In this document: positions 1 through 10,266 of the stretch, piece after piece
Layout of the letters: each line of letters opens with the position of its first letter
Position numbering within the stretch: the stretch's first letter is position 1
NCBI GenBank assembly: GCA_973895155.1
Contig: OZ316892.1
Coordinates: forward strand, 16,110,357 to 16,174,356
DNA from: Marsupella aquatica
Taxonomy: Eukaryota > Plantae > Marchantiophyta
Direction: 5' to 3'
Length of the DNA: 64,000 nucleotides
The notes under the pieces: generated by a model
Told to the model about the DNA's origin: nothing
The model's input: the letters and a program-made list of their open reading frames with translations, nothing else
Database searches by the model: none
Program-made: the position numbers and the translations under genes

Positions 1-308
1 CACTCATGTGGCCTAGCCGTGAATGCCATAGCTGAGTCATTTCCTTGTGAGACTTGGTTACATTGGCCTCTCCACATACTGTATTGCCCTGCAGCACATA
101 CAAATTGTTTTGTCTGCTCCCCTTCAAAATCACTGTTTCTCCCTACATGACTTGAAGTTCACCATCAATTACTCGCCATTGATGATCATTTGTATCCAAC
201 ACACCAAGTGAAATCAAATTCTTACGCATGCCAGGTACAAACCTGACTCTGGACCACTGTGCGCACAATGCTATCAAACATTTGAATCTTTACAGAACCA
301 ATACCCTC
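1..308 (-). pseudogene. Ty1/Copia pol remnant (post-protease region plus GAG-pre-integrase motif)
   Basis: Manual minus-strand translation: EGIGSVKIQMFDSIVRTV/VRFVPGMRKNLISLGVLD...M*GETVILKGSRQNNLYVLQG...QLWHSRLGHMS. NLISLG and LWHxRLGHMS are Tnt1-type Copia motifs. One frameshift and one stop; cut at ~309 by the LINE tail. Confidence 0.9.
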
Positions 309-330
309 AATGGTAATGGTAATGGTAATG
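309..330 (-). repeat. (CATTAC)n microsatellite 3' tail of the LINE
   Basis: aatggtaatggtaatggtaatg on +; the same tail occurs on the truncated copy at 10346-10372. Confidence 0.95.
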
Positions 331-437
331 TATTATAAGCTTCGGGACCATGAAAGTCAACGGAGCTGCCACAAAAAGTAAAGTACAATGCAATCAAAGA
401 AAAGAGCAACCAAAAGAGATTGCTCAGAAGAGGACAA

Positions 438-3400
438 CTATGTCCTCAAAGAAACTATGGACCTAGAGAGCCCTGAAAGATTTTCCAAACCTATTCTCCT
501 TTCCCTATCCACCGCAAAGATATATCTTCCAAGTTGTTGAGGGGGCAGACCAAACAATGCATACAAATCTTTCACCAAGATTTGAGATGCCATCCTAACC
601 CCCTCATAAAACTTGCAAGCAATGAATACATGATATTCATTCTCTATACTAGAGCTATCACATAGTTGACAAACCCTCTTTTTCCTGTCAATATCCTTCC
701 ATCTCCCTTGTTCTACTTCAAGGTGGTGTGAGCTTAGTCTATACTGAGCAATAAGTTGTCTAAGTTGTACTGAGATAGTGCTAGATAAGTATTCTTGTTC
801 TCGATATTTCTTCATGGGGTTCACATCTCTCATGTAGTATTGCTGCCGTGGGCTAGGTTCATGCCAAAGTTTGTGCAAAGCCTTTTGCTCAAGTTTTGCT
901 CTTAGCTTGGTTGGGTGTGTTGGCCATTCATGTTCAGGAAAATCCCAAGCATGGGCCCACCTGCACACATCTGCATACCACCCTTTAGCTGAAGATGAGC
1001 GCAAGGCATGAAAAGGAAATCTGTTTTCCTCCAACTCTCTTACACGCATGATGTAATTGAGTGTGTGGAAGAGTGCCTCCACCTCCAAAGGAAACAAGCC
1101 TGCCTCTGCAAATGTAAGTGCATATGGGGTTTGTGACTTGATCCCAAGCTCCATCTCAAGAAATAGCTTTTGCAGCCCCTCAATCTGTTGCCACCCAGAT
1201 TTAGACACACCTGCTCCCCAAATTGGTGCTCCATAAAGAATGACTGGTTTCACCAAAGCTCCAAAGAGATGTTTCCTTAACCTCCAAGTGTGTAGACCAG
1301 CTCTTTTGCATTTGTTCATGAATGCATAAAAAGCTCTGTACCCATTGGCAGCCCTAGATTTTACACATGAGGCCCAACTCAAGTTTTGAGAGAACTCCAC
1401 CCCAAGGTATTTGTAGGTCCTCACAAATTCCACCAGATTCCCTTGGAAGTAGAGCTCTGGATTTTGTCGTGTGCCAATGCCCAAACACTTGGTCTTCTTG
1501 AGGTTGACTACCATCCCTGTTGCTTGACAAAACTCCTCCAAGGCATTGAGATGTCTTTGCAAAGCTTCTTGAGCATGAGCAAGTAGGACCACATCATCTG
1601 CAAATATAAGAAGTTGGAGGACAAACCTACCCAATTGAGTGCCAACTCCACCATGCTCCTCCAAAATGTTGTGTAGCTGATCAATGAAGATGCCAAAGAG
1701 AGTTGGTGAGAGAGGACAACCTTGGATCACCCCAAGAGTGCTCCAGATTTCTTCAGAGGTTTCCTTTGAAAGTTTGATGCGCACTTCTTGGTACAATTTA
1801 GAAACAGCCAACCTGAGCTCTTCAGGCACTTCCAACTCCACCATCCTATCCCAAAGTTTGGATCGGGAAACTTTGTCAAAGGCCTTGGAGAAGTCCACAA
1901 ACAAGCAAAATAATGGTTTATGTGGAGATTTGGCCTTTTCACACAACACCCTCAAGCAGAGAATGTGATCCATAGTGCTGAATTCTCTCCTAAAACCTGC
2001 TTGTGAAGGTGCCCTTTTCATCTCACTCTCCAACCAAGAGCTTAATCTGGCTTCAAGTAGTCCTCCCAAAACTTTAGCAAAAGTATTGCCTACCATGATG
2101 GTTCTGTAGTTGTGCACATCGTCCTTGTTGCCTGCCTTGAAGATAGGCACCACTCTTCTGGTCATCCAAGCTTTAGGTAAACCTAAAGCCATTGCTTGAT
2201 TCAGCTCATGCACCAAGTTTGTTAATAAAGAGGGTCCTCCCCACAAAAGAAGCTCCAAGTTCAGGCCCAACAGATCTTTAGCTTTCCCATGTTGCATGTG
2301 GGAAAGATGCACCTTCACCTCCCTCTCTGTAAACTGAATGGTGTCCCCAAGGGGCAAAGGCATGCCACTAGCATCTGGAAAGAAATACAAGGATGTGACA
2401 TAGGTTACCAGGTCCTGGTGATCCAAGGGGGGAGTAGTCTTGCCTGATTGCATTCTCTCCCAAAAACGTTTTGGATGTTTGATGAACTCCTCACATAGTG
2501 ATTGTTGATGACTCTTCAAGAAGCACCTCTTCTTGTGTTTGATGAAGTTCTTGTACATAGTGAATGCCAAAAGTCTCTTTTCCCCTGAATGTGATCTTGC
2601 TTGCATCCTTGCTCTAGCACAATCCTCGTCAAACCAAGCCTTCATGTTTTGCTTTCTAGGGGGTTTGGTGGAGAAAGTAGAGGCTGCTGCTTGTACTATG
2701 ACTTCTGAGAGCTCAATCTGATCATCCAGGGTATGGAGAAGATGTTCAAAGTTGGCTTTGAAGATGACTTCTCTATCAGGGTCTAGAAACAGAGGTTTGG
2801 GTACTGGCTTTCTATGCACTTTGTTTGGGATTGTGGTCAGGTCAAGATGGAACAACAAAGGCAAGTGTGAAGACTCTGGTTGTTGATCAAGTATTTGAAA
2901 GTCAACCACTCTAGTGGCAGAGGTAGGTGTGGCAAGAAGGTAATCAATGGTACTACATCCTTGTTTAGATCTAAAAGTGTAACCAGATGATTGGGGAAAT
3001 CTCTCAAGCCCATTCAATATTCTTAGATTACAAGAAGCTCCCAAATGCAAAAAGTGACGTGTCATGTCATTTGTTCTGGTGTCAAGAGCCTCTCTCACCC
3101 AAGGTAGCTCTTCACTACATGATGACCAAGGTAAAGTTCCTAAGTCCTCACTTTCAGTAAATTGTTCATTAGATATCCTGGCATTAAAGTCCCCCACTAT
3201 CCATGTCTCCCCTAGTGGTGATATATCATGAATGACTTGGATTAACCTATGAAATGGATAATGTGCATCAGCAATTCCCATCTTATAGACATTCATATTA
3301 AGGGGAGCAAAGTAGGTGACAATCAGAAATGATGGAGTACCTCTGGTATGAAGTCTCACCACCATGAACTGTTTGCTGGGATCTTCATGCTCAATAGAGG

Positions 3401-3641
3401 TGATGTGTTGAAGTTGATTCTTGGTGTAGACAGCAATGCCTCCAAACCCTCTTCCCCGTGTGGTCTTCTTCTCATTGAAGATGGATTGTATGCAAGTAAA
3501 GCCTTTAATGCTAGGTAGAGCATTTCCCTCATATTCCCAAGTCTCCGTGAAAAGCAAGATGTCAAAATTCTCAAACAAAGGTTCCCCTCCAATTGCTGTT
3601 TCTATGGAAAGTCCTGAAACATTCCATGCCATGACTCTCAA
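438..3641 (-). CDS. LINE ORF2: AP endonuclease + reverse transcriptase + C-terminal Cys/His motif
   Basis: 1067 aa open. EN motifs AWNV, FTETW, GDFNA, TIDY, SSHLPL; RT motifs QAGFR, FVDFSKAFD, GVIQGCPLSP, FADD, YKYLG; C-terminal CQLC...ENEYHVFIAC. First in-frame ATG at 3632. Confidence 0.95.
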   Translation of the reverse strand: MRVMAWNVSGLSIETAIGGEPLFENFDILLFTETWEYEGNALPSIKGFTCIQSIFNEKKTTRGRGFGGIAVYTKNQLQHITSIEHEDPSKQFMVVRLHTRGTPSFLIVTYFAPLNMNVYKMGIADAHYPFHRLIQVIHDISPLGETWIVGDFNARISNEQFTESEDLGTLPWSSCSEELPWVREALDTRTNDMTRHFLHLGASCNLRILNGLERFPQSSGYTFRSKQGCSTIDYLLATPTSATRVVDFQILDQQPESSHLPLLFHLDLTTIPNKVHRKPVPKPLFLDPDREVIFKANFEHLLHTLDDQIELSEVIVQAAASTFSTKPPRKQNMKAWFDEDCARARMQARSHSGEKRLLAFTMYKNFIKHKKRCFLKSHQQSLCEEFIKHPKRFWERMQSGKTTPPLDHQDLVTYVTSLYFFPDASGMPLPLGDTIQFTEREVKVHLSHMQHGKAKDLLGLNLELLLWGGPSLLTNLVHELNQAMALGLPKAWMTRRVVPIFKAGNKDDVHNYRTIMVGNTFAKVLGGLLEARLSSWLESEMKRAPSQAGFRREFSTMDHILCLRVLCEKAKSPHKPLFCLFVDFSKAFDKVSRSKLWDRMVELEVPEELRLAVSKLYQEVRIKLSKETSEEIWSTLGVIQGCPLSPTLFGIFIDQLHNILEEHGGVGTQLGRFVLQLLIFADDVVLLAHAQEALQRHLNALEEFCQATGMVVNLKKTKCLGIGTRQNPELYFQGNLVEFVRTYKYLGVEFSQNLSWASCVKSRAANGYRAFYAFMNKCKRAGLHTWRLRKHLFGALVKPVILYGAPIWGAGVSKSGWQQIEGLQKLFLEMELGIKSQTPYALTFAEAGLFPLEVEALFHTLNYIMRVRELEENRFPFHALRSSSAKGWYADVCRWAHAWDFPEHEWPTHPTKLRAKLEQKALHKLWHEPSPRQQYYMRDVNPMKKYREQEYLSSTISVQLRQLIAQYRLSSHHLEVEQGRWKDIDRKKRVCQLCDSSSIENEYHVFIACKFYEGVRMASQILVKDLYALFGLPPQQLGRYIFAVDRERRIGLENLSGLSRSIVSLRT

Positions 3642-3653
3642 GGTCCCGATCCA

Positions 3654-4424
3654 TCATTTAGAAACAACTCTCTTCTTATTGGTAACAACAGCTTGTCCAT
3701 TGCGCAAGTAGGCTACCAATCCTTGGTCTTTGGCTACCCTCACCTTCTCAAGCTCAATTTTCCTTGCTTGGACTTGTGTGGGAGTCAGATCATCATCCAA
3801 CCAAATCCTTAGCCCTTTAAGCATGCTCCTGTTAGCCATCACTCTAGCTTTCTCGGATTCAGCTGCAAACTTCACCAAGATTGGACGTGGAAGGTCCCCC
3901 TTCTTTTGCCCAATCCTATATGCTTGCAAAATGATAGGGTCATGCACTTTCATCTGAGATTGGAAGAATGAAATTGCTACCTTCTTGGTGTCTTCCTTCT
4001 CCTCCTCAACAAGGCCTGATATTTTGCAGTTGCTGACTCTTGCATGCTGGTTCTTGTGTTCTTCCTCTAGTGTTCTCCTCTCCTCCTCCTTGGCTTGGAC
4101 AAATTCCATATGTGATTGTTTTGCAGCCTGTGCAAAGGTTTTGAGCTTTTCCTCAATATCCCCTACAGCCTCATGTATCACTGATTTCTCTGGGCACATA
4201 CTCTTCTCCATGTCTCCAAAACACGATGCAAGCAATGAGAGTTGCTTACCATTCTCCTGAGTTTGAGATCGAAGATCACTAATCAACCGCTTTTGCTTGA
4301 CATTCTCATTCTTTAGCTTCGTCACCTCCTTGCTGAGTGTGGTAATCTCAATTGCGGAGTTTTCAACCACAACTAAGATTTTCTCAAGCAAAGCCTTGAG
4401 ATGGGCAATCTCCTCCGTTGCCAT
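3654..4424 (-). CDS. LINE ORF1: coiled coil + RRM-like + CTD (L1 ORF1p-type nucleic acid chaperone)
   Basis: Heptad-rich N-terminus, then NCKISGL-E, AYRIG, PRPILVKF and IWLDDDLT motifs typical of ORF1p in the L1/CR1/L2/RTE-X groups. Confidence 0.9.
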   Translation of the reverse strand: MATEEIAHLKALLEKILVVVENSAIEITTLSKEVTKLKNENVKQKRLISDLRSQTQENGKQLSLLASCFGDMEKSMCPEKSVIHEAVGDIEEKLKTFAQAAKQSHMEFVQAKEEERRTLEEEHKNQHARVSNCKISGLVEEEKEDTKKVAISFFQSQMKVHDPIILQAYRIGQKKGDLPRPILVKFAAESEKARVMANRSMLKGLRIWLDDDLTPTQVQARKIELEKVRVAKDQGLVAYLRNGQAVVTNKKRVVSK

Positions 4425-4490
4425 CACAAAGCTGAAACTGTTGTTAGAATGTACTCTTAGACGACAAATAGAAATTGGGAGCAGTAGAGG

Positions 4491-4933
4491 ATGTCAGTTG
4501 CAGCTCTACCTTTGCCAGTGATACACTCTCGTTGTTTGCAACACTCTGGCAAAGTCTGAGCTCAAACCGCAGCTGATTGCCCTTCCAACTCGAAGTGAAA
4601 TTTTGCCCCAAGCTCAGAATCCCGAAACTGGACACGTAGCAGATCGTGCATGCTAAAGTGCATACCAAACGATGTCGGTTGCAGCTCTAACTTTGCCAAT
4701 GATACATTCTCGCTGTTTCCAATGCTCTGGCAAAGTCTGAGCTTAAACCGTAGCCGATTTCCCTTCCAACTCGAAGTGAAATTTCGCCCCAAGCTCAGAA
4801 TTGCGAAACTGGAGACGTAACGGATCGTGCATGCTAAAGTGCATACCAAACGATGTCGGTTGCAGCTCTAACTTTGCCAGTGATACATTCTCGCTGTTTC
4901 CAATGCTCTGGCAAAGTCTGAGCTTAAACCGCA
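4491..4933. repeat. 181-bp tandem repeat, ~2.4 copies, upstream of LINE ORF1
   Basis: Unit starts atgtc(a/g)gttgcagctcta at 4491, 4672 and 4853. Confidence 0.95.
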
Positions 4934-6073
4934 ACTCTGTTTTCTGCTCTGAGATTCATCAGTTCTGTGGCTCATTAGTTGTTCGTGGAGGAGTACATTA
5001 TAGAGTATCACATTTGACTAATGTCCTGTACATTGAATACATACAGTGGCAAAGTAGTCAATGGAAGAGTGACCTGCTCCCTTTGCGTTCTTCCTGTTGC
5101 CGAAACATGAATGTAGAGGTAGAATTGCATGCAGGAAAATTTGAAGTTTAGGGCTATGACATCCATGCTTTGTGCAACCTCTAATCCGAAAGCCTCCAAA
5201 GACACAAGTGAAGCATGTAGGCGCGCGTAATAACTTCTAATTTAGTCATTGACAGTACAAGAGTATACTCTAAAGTCTGCGATTCTGAAAGTACAAGCAT
5301 TGTAGGCGCGCAGGTCTGAAAAGTTGTTGCAAGACACAAATAAGCACTAAGCGACTAAGGACAGGACCGTTGAGTTGAAATCACAGCTCAGCAAAGGCAA
5401 AGAAAAACCCCCCGCACCCCACCTTAGTTCTGCACAACACTTCTGCACACTAGAATACTAGTGTATAAGATTAGAGCAATTCAAGCCGAAGCAGAATGAA
5501 AGTGCCAACAATATACTGTGATCCCATCTACATTTCCATAGTGAAATCCAAGTTCGACGCCGACCCCGACACGAGATTGCTATAGTGATGGGCATGCATA
5601 AGAGAGGGAGAGATGATGACACGTACTTGAGGATCGCGAGAGAGAGAAATTTGCAACAGAGAGTGGACACAATGGAAGAGCAAGACACGATGGAAGAGCG
5701 AGACCGAGAGAGAGGGTGAGAGAGAGTGAGGTGAGAATTCAGCAAGAGAGGTCTCGAATAGGGACAACCTTCTATATATGAACCATAGTTTTTGCTGTCA
5801 TTAATTTTCCAGAGTTAAGATGAACAAACAGAGTACAAACAGAGCACAATGAAGCACCACAGTGCGTCGCACGGGACCTCTCACCTCTGCCTGAAAACCA
5901 GCCGCACCCAACACCACACCAGAGATCAGCGGTCTTGAAAACAAGTTGACACCCTAAACCCGGCACTTCCAATGTCGCCCGCTCCAATGTCGCAGCGCGT
6001 TTTTGTTCTAGCTCGTTCTCCTCTTGACCGAAGAACAACCCAACAAGCAAATGGCGGAAGATGGACGCACTTA

Positions 6074-6411
6074 GCACCTGGGTGAATGTGGTCACGTTGT
6101 GCTTCAAGTGTGGCCCTAAACCCTTCCTCCTCCCTTCAATCACAGAGAGTCTTCGACCGCAAGAGCAAGAAGCACTTCCTCTCCTCTCATCTCCCAATGC
6201 TATGCAAGGCAAAGAGGTAAAGACTTACAAAGCTAATGGAGGAAGACGGACCCCCGCACCACGAACTTGGCGTCCGACCCTAAAATTTCCCGCAATGCCC
6301 CCGCAATGCCTTCAGGGAGCACTCGCAAACGCACCCAGCACCCGATTGAATGTGGTCAGGTCGCTTCAAGTGTGGTGTCAAACCCTTCCTCCTCCCTGAA
6401 ATCACAGAGAG
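6074..6411. repeat. Diverged ~75-bp direct repeat pair
   Basis: agcacc..tgaatgtggtca..gcttcaagtgtgg..aaacccttcctcctccct..aatcacagagag at ~6074-6149 and ~6338-6411. Confidence 0.8.
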
Positions 6412-6578
6412 CCCGACTCACTGCACACTAAGAATCCCATTGTTTCTCCATAAACCTTCGTTCCCTCCTTGATTGATCGACTATCGATCGCCCCTCTCAA
6501 TGAGTCGCCTCATTCGCTCCACCTCCCCTCCCCTTTGTAAACCCTCTTTGCGGACGAAGACCCTACATTTGCTCCCGC

Positions 6579-6711
6579 GCACAAGGGTGGAGAGTACTAA
6601 GGTTCTCAGCCAGTGACATGTAAGGGGCTCATGTAAGGGGGTACTGCACAACGGTGGAGAGTACTAAGGTACTCAGCCAATGACATGTAAGGGGCTCATG
6701 TAAGGGGGTAC
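6579..6711. repeat. 67-bp tandem repeat, 2 copies
   Basis: gcacaa(g/c)ggtggagagtactaagg...catgtaaggggctcatgtaagggggtac at 6579 and 6646, with an internal catgtaagggg sub-repeat. Confidence 0.95.
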
Positions 6712-7090
6712 CTCTACTATTTGAAGCTTTCTCACATAAAAAGCTTGAATGTTTGGCAATTGGTGAGTAGCACTCACTCACATAAGAACCCTAAACTAAG
6801 ACAATCAACTTAGATAGTGGACCTGCCATTTTCCTTATGATGGGATGTTGTAATTAAGTGGTATCCCCCATCCAACTTCAAAGGTGCATGGACAACCTTG
6901 AACCATGAACAATGTCCCTTGCACCTTGAAGAATGAGTGATTGAAAAGAGTAGGTAAAGTCAACATCGCAAAGGAGTCGCAACAAATGAGTGGAAACTTT
7001 GTGGAAGTGATACTTAAGACATATGTAGTGATAACACCCTAAACTTCCATAACCTTGTCACAGTAGTCAATAGTGGTTTGGTAAAAAACA

Positions 7091-7109
7091 GGGGGTATTT
7101 CTACTAGTG
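7091..7109 (-). mobile_element. CACTA-type terminal inverted repeat (element body extends leftwards; partner end not found)
   Basis: Reverse complement reads CACTAGTAGAAATACCCCC, a typical CACTA terminus. Confidence 0.6.
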
Positions 7110-7161
7110 TTTGCACACACATACCTAGAAAGTGACATCATCCAGCCCCTGTACTAGGCTA

Positions 7162-9409
7162 GACAGGTGGTCCAGGGTCGCAACAATTCCAGAGTGCAGT
7201 CCCTGCACAGGCATCTACAAGCAGAGCTACAGGTATGTATGTTTGAAGAATTTTTCTTGAAGTGAAGCATTGAATGTTTCCGTCATCCATTCTGCTGTAT
7301 GTAGTTCTCAAGCATGAATGGCATTGTATTTTCCCAGGTGGCTTCAAAACCCCAGGTAGGGTGAATGAAGGGGTGGCCAATACAACGCCCAGTACTACCG
7401 AGAGCAGTGCACGAGGGGAGGTGACAAAGAAAGGGAACGTAAAGTTGAATGAGAGACAATGGGTGGATGCTGAGTGTCCTCGCAAGAACCGATGGCATGC
7501 TGATTTGAAAGCTGAAGTATTGCGTTGGTTAGATGTGAGTGTTATTAATTTTAAAAAACAGCATCCAAAAGATTGGAAGACTATGTGAAAATGTTGCTGC
7601 CAAATGGAATTATGTGGGCAGTGATGATGGCGTGGACATAGGTTGCCTAGAGAGTACAGCAGGGAAAATCATCAAGCAAGAGAGGTGGAGAATGCATAAG
7701 GCTTGGAATGAAGGTGGGGAGAAGCCAAATATGCCTCCACCAGCCAGTTGTGATGATAAAGTGTGGGCAAGGTTAATTAATAGCTTATTTTGTAACAGAT
7801 GCTTTCAAAAAGAAGAGTTCACAGATGACCGAGGCCAGGTTGAGTGTTCAAAACCCTAATCTGACAGGAAGGACCAGCACTGCACTGACAACAAAACGTT
7901 TGGTAAGAATCAATGGCCTAGGTATGTAATTTATGCTACACTATGTACTGTTCACTTTGTTTTTCAGTGTACGTTCCCTGAATAATAATGATAACTTGTG
8001 TTTGCCATGCATGTGCAGAAAGCCCAAGTGGGACAAAGCCCTTCAAAAGAAGAGTTGAGGGCTGAAATTGTGAACACCTCGGCTCAAGAGGGTGCATCTG
8101 AATCCTCCAAGCATGTAAGTTATATGAGTTCTGATTGGTAATTGAATGACTTGCGTTGAATTTCAGGTGTACACTGTATATAACATTGATTGTGCATATA
8201 TTGCCCAACATTTCATATGGAGTGATTGAACCTATACCCCTGTGTCATGTAGGGAGGTGGATCTTCACTTACAGAGATAAGTGGTCGTTTGAAAGCTATC
8301 AAAACATGTCTTCCAGAGATCAATGAACGTTTGAATTCATTGACTGACTTGTTCCATGTGAACTTCAAGACATTAATGGAAGTTGTTGTGTCGGTGAGAG
8401 ATAAAATTGACTCCAATTCTGCAAGAGTTCCACCATCACCACTTGAGGTGGCAAAGTCGATGCACTATTCTGGCATGCCAATGACATGTAGGCTTGAAGG
8501 TAAGGCCTTTACAACTGTGTGGGATATGATTAGTAAATGTATAGTTTGAATTGACATAGTTTGTTGAATGTGTTATTTTCAGTAACATATATTGTGGTTG
8601 TTGTGTCCATAGAGAATAAGACAAGTGCTGTAGAGAAGAAGTATGAGAACCTGGCAAATACTCGCTGTAATTTAGAGGCAACAAAGTTGCAGTCTGTACA
8701 AGCAACTTGTTTGACAGAGGGCAGTCAACCATGTTTGGATGAGGATGACATTGGCAAGGGAGTGGATGATATCAATGTTGGGGCAAATGAGGATATCAGC
8801 AAGCATGACAATGATACCATTGAGCCAGATTCATGCTATGTAGATCTTGACTCCATTGCAGAGATAAATGATTTGCAGAATGTATCATTCTCAATGACAG
8901 GTGTGCCTCTTATTGAGATAAATCCAACCAAAGAGTTAGTTGGTATGACACTCCCAGGTGGTGAACCTGCTGCTGTGACAGTCCTCACAGAGGAACCTAC
9001 TGAGCCTAGCTTCACTACTGTGAAGAGAGGAAGCATGCGCACACAAAGCAAGTCTACTGGTTGGAGCATAGCCACGTCAAAGGTTTCATACAAACCTCCA
9101 AGAACGGTGCTGGCAGAAAGATCTAAGGTGGAAGTAGGGAAAGCACCTAATGTTGAGGGACAAAGTGGCTTGTTAGCTGTTGATGAGAGTGGAACACGAG
9201 TAGGATTTGGCAAAGTGCAGGTTGGTTCCACAACGTTCCATGGCAAGAGGATTCCCCCAGGTTATTCAGTAATGTTAGTCACATTACTAGTGAAACCTAA
9301 AGCTGTCCTTCCCATTCCAAACACAAATGATGATCCTCCTCAAAAGACACTTGGAGATGCTGCAGGTTCTTTGGTATTATGGCCAAGCAAGTTCATAGAG
9401 TATCCATAA
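7162..9409 (+). pseudogene. Spliced CACTA TnpA/ORF2-like gene, decayed
   Basis: GT-AG introns (e.g. 7233-7337 and one starting ~7903). Exon peptide P..CDDKVWARLI..KKKSSQMTEAR..V.NPNLTG resembles Ptta/Transposase_24. Last exon FHGKRIPPGYSVMLV...LPIPNTNDDPPQKTLGDAAGSLVLWP matches the C-terminal Tnp1/EnSpm (DUF8039-like) motif. Frameshifts at ~7585 and ~7780. Confidence 0.8.
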
Positions 9410-9984
9410 CAATGTCATGCCATTATTTGTTCGTAGTGTGAGTCATGTTATGTAGATTTTAGATGTCAAGGAGTACAAGAATCATGTCCTCTTGGAGATT
9501 CATAGTATCATGCATGTGCTTTCAGTTATCTCATCTTGCAGTCATCAATTATGAGTTCCTATTTTGTCTGAATGACATTGATCACATTGTAAACTATTCC
9601 ATTGGAATTCAAATGATCTACATTTTTTAGCAAGATTGTGATTCTATTTAATTCTTATTTATGTTTTGTGTAGGATCTCCTTATATGATGCTTTGTTTCA
9701 TGTGAAAGTCATTCATGCTATGTTCATTTCTTGTATTCAATGTGTTATATTTTTAAAGTTAGAACATCAGATTTCTATGTATTGTAATGTGGAGTGCTCT
9801 CTCTCCTTATGAACTGTCCCTCTGTGTTCATTAATCATGGTTACAACTTGCATGTGAACCTTATTAGTTATAAACATGAGTATATAGAGTCCCAAATGGT
9901 TCTGTTGTGTGACCCGGGCCAGGGTCTCCATTGGTCTCTCCTGTGACACTAAATGGTCCCACGCTAGTCGTTGTTGAATGCGGG

Positions 9985-10261
9985 TAAGTCATGTGTGTGA
10001 CTTACCATGTGACTCGTCAAAGTCATATTGTAGTCACGTAGAAACAAGGCTAGACTCCACAATAAAGTCACAGATCAGTCACAAATGGGTATCAAGCAAG
10101 TCACAAAGCCCAATATCAACAGTGACTTCCATTTTTTGGTCTCAACTTTTGCAACTCCAAGGATCACAGCGTGGGTCAAGTCACGTTGAGTCACAATTAA
10201 GTCACATGAGCCAAAATGAGTCACATATTGCGGTCTCAATTCACCTCGGATTCTTCTAGTG
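9985..10261 (+). mobile_element. CACTA 3' end: subterminal GTCAC/GTGAC repeat array and TIR
   Basis: About ten (a)gtcac / gtgac motifs in both orientations, ending ...ttcttcTAGTG (rc CACTAGAAGAA), downstream of the TnpA-like gene. Confidence 0.8.
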
Positions 10262-10266
10262 TGTAC

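Larger units (their letters stand above)
309..4933 (-). mobile_element. Two-ORF non-LTR retrotransposon, RTE-X-like, both ORFs uninterrupted (5' boundary approximate)
   Basis: ORF1 (coiled coil plus L1-ORF1p-like RRM/CTD), ORF2 (APE-RT-C-terminal CCHC-like), short 3' UTR and microsatellite tail. The clade call is inferred from this architecture; no convincing TSD found. Confidence 0.85.

Noticed and set aside
5058-5064. tcaatgg as the partner TSD of the long LINE (matches 307-313)
   Set aside because: Joining the flanks does not restore a convincing Copia peptide upstream of EGIG, and a 7-mer can occur by chance. Left unresolved.
5448-5463. CACTAGAATACTAGTG as a CACTA terminus pairing with 7109 or 10261
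   Set aside because: The match to either TIR is at most 8 nt, the 3-bp flank (gca) does not match ttt or tgt, and there are no subterminal repeats.
4491-6711. Tandem repeats as a CRISPR-like array
   Set aside because: Contiguous units without unique spacers, no cas genes, eukaryotic TE context.
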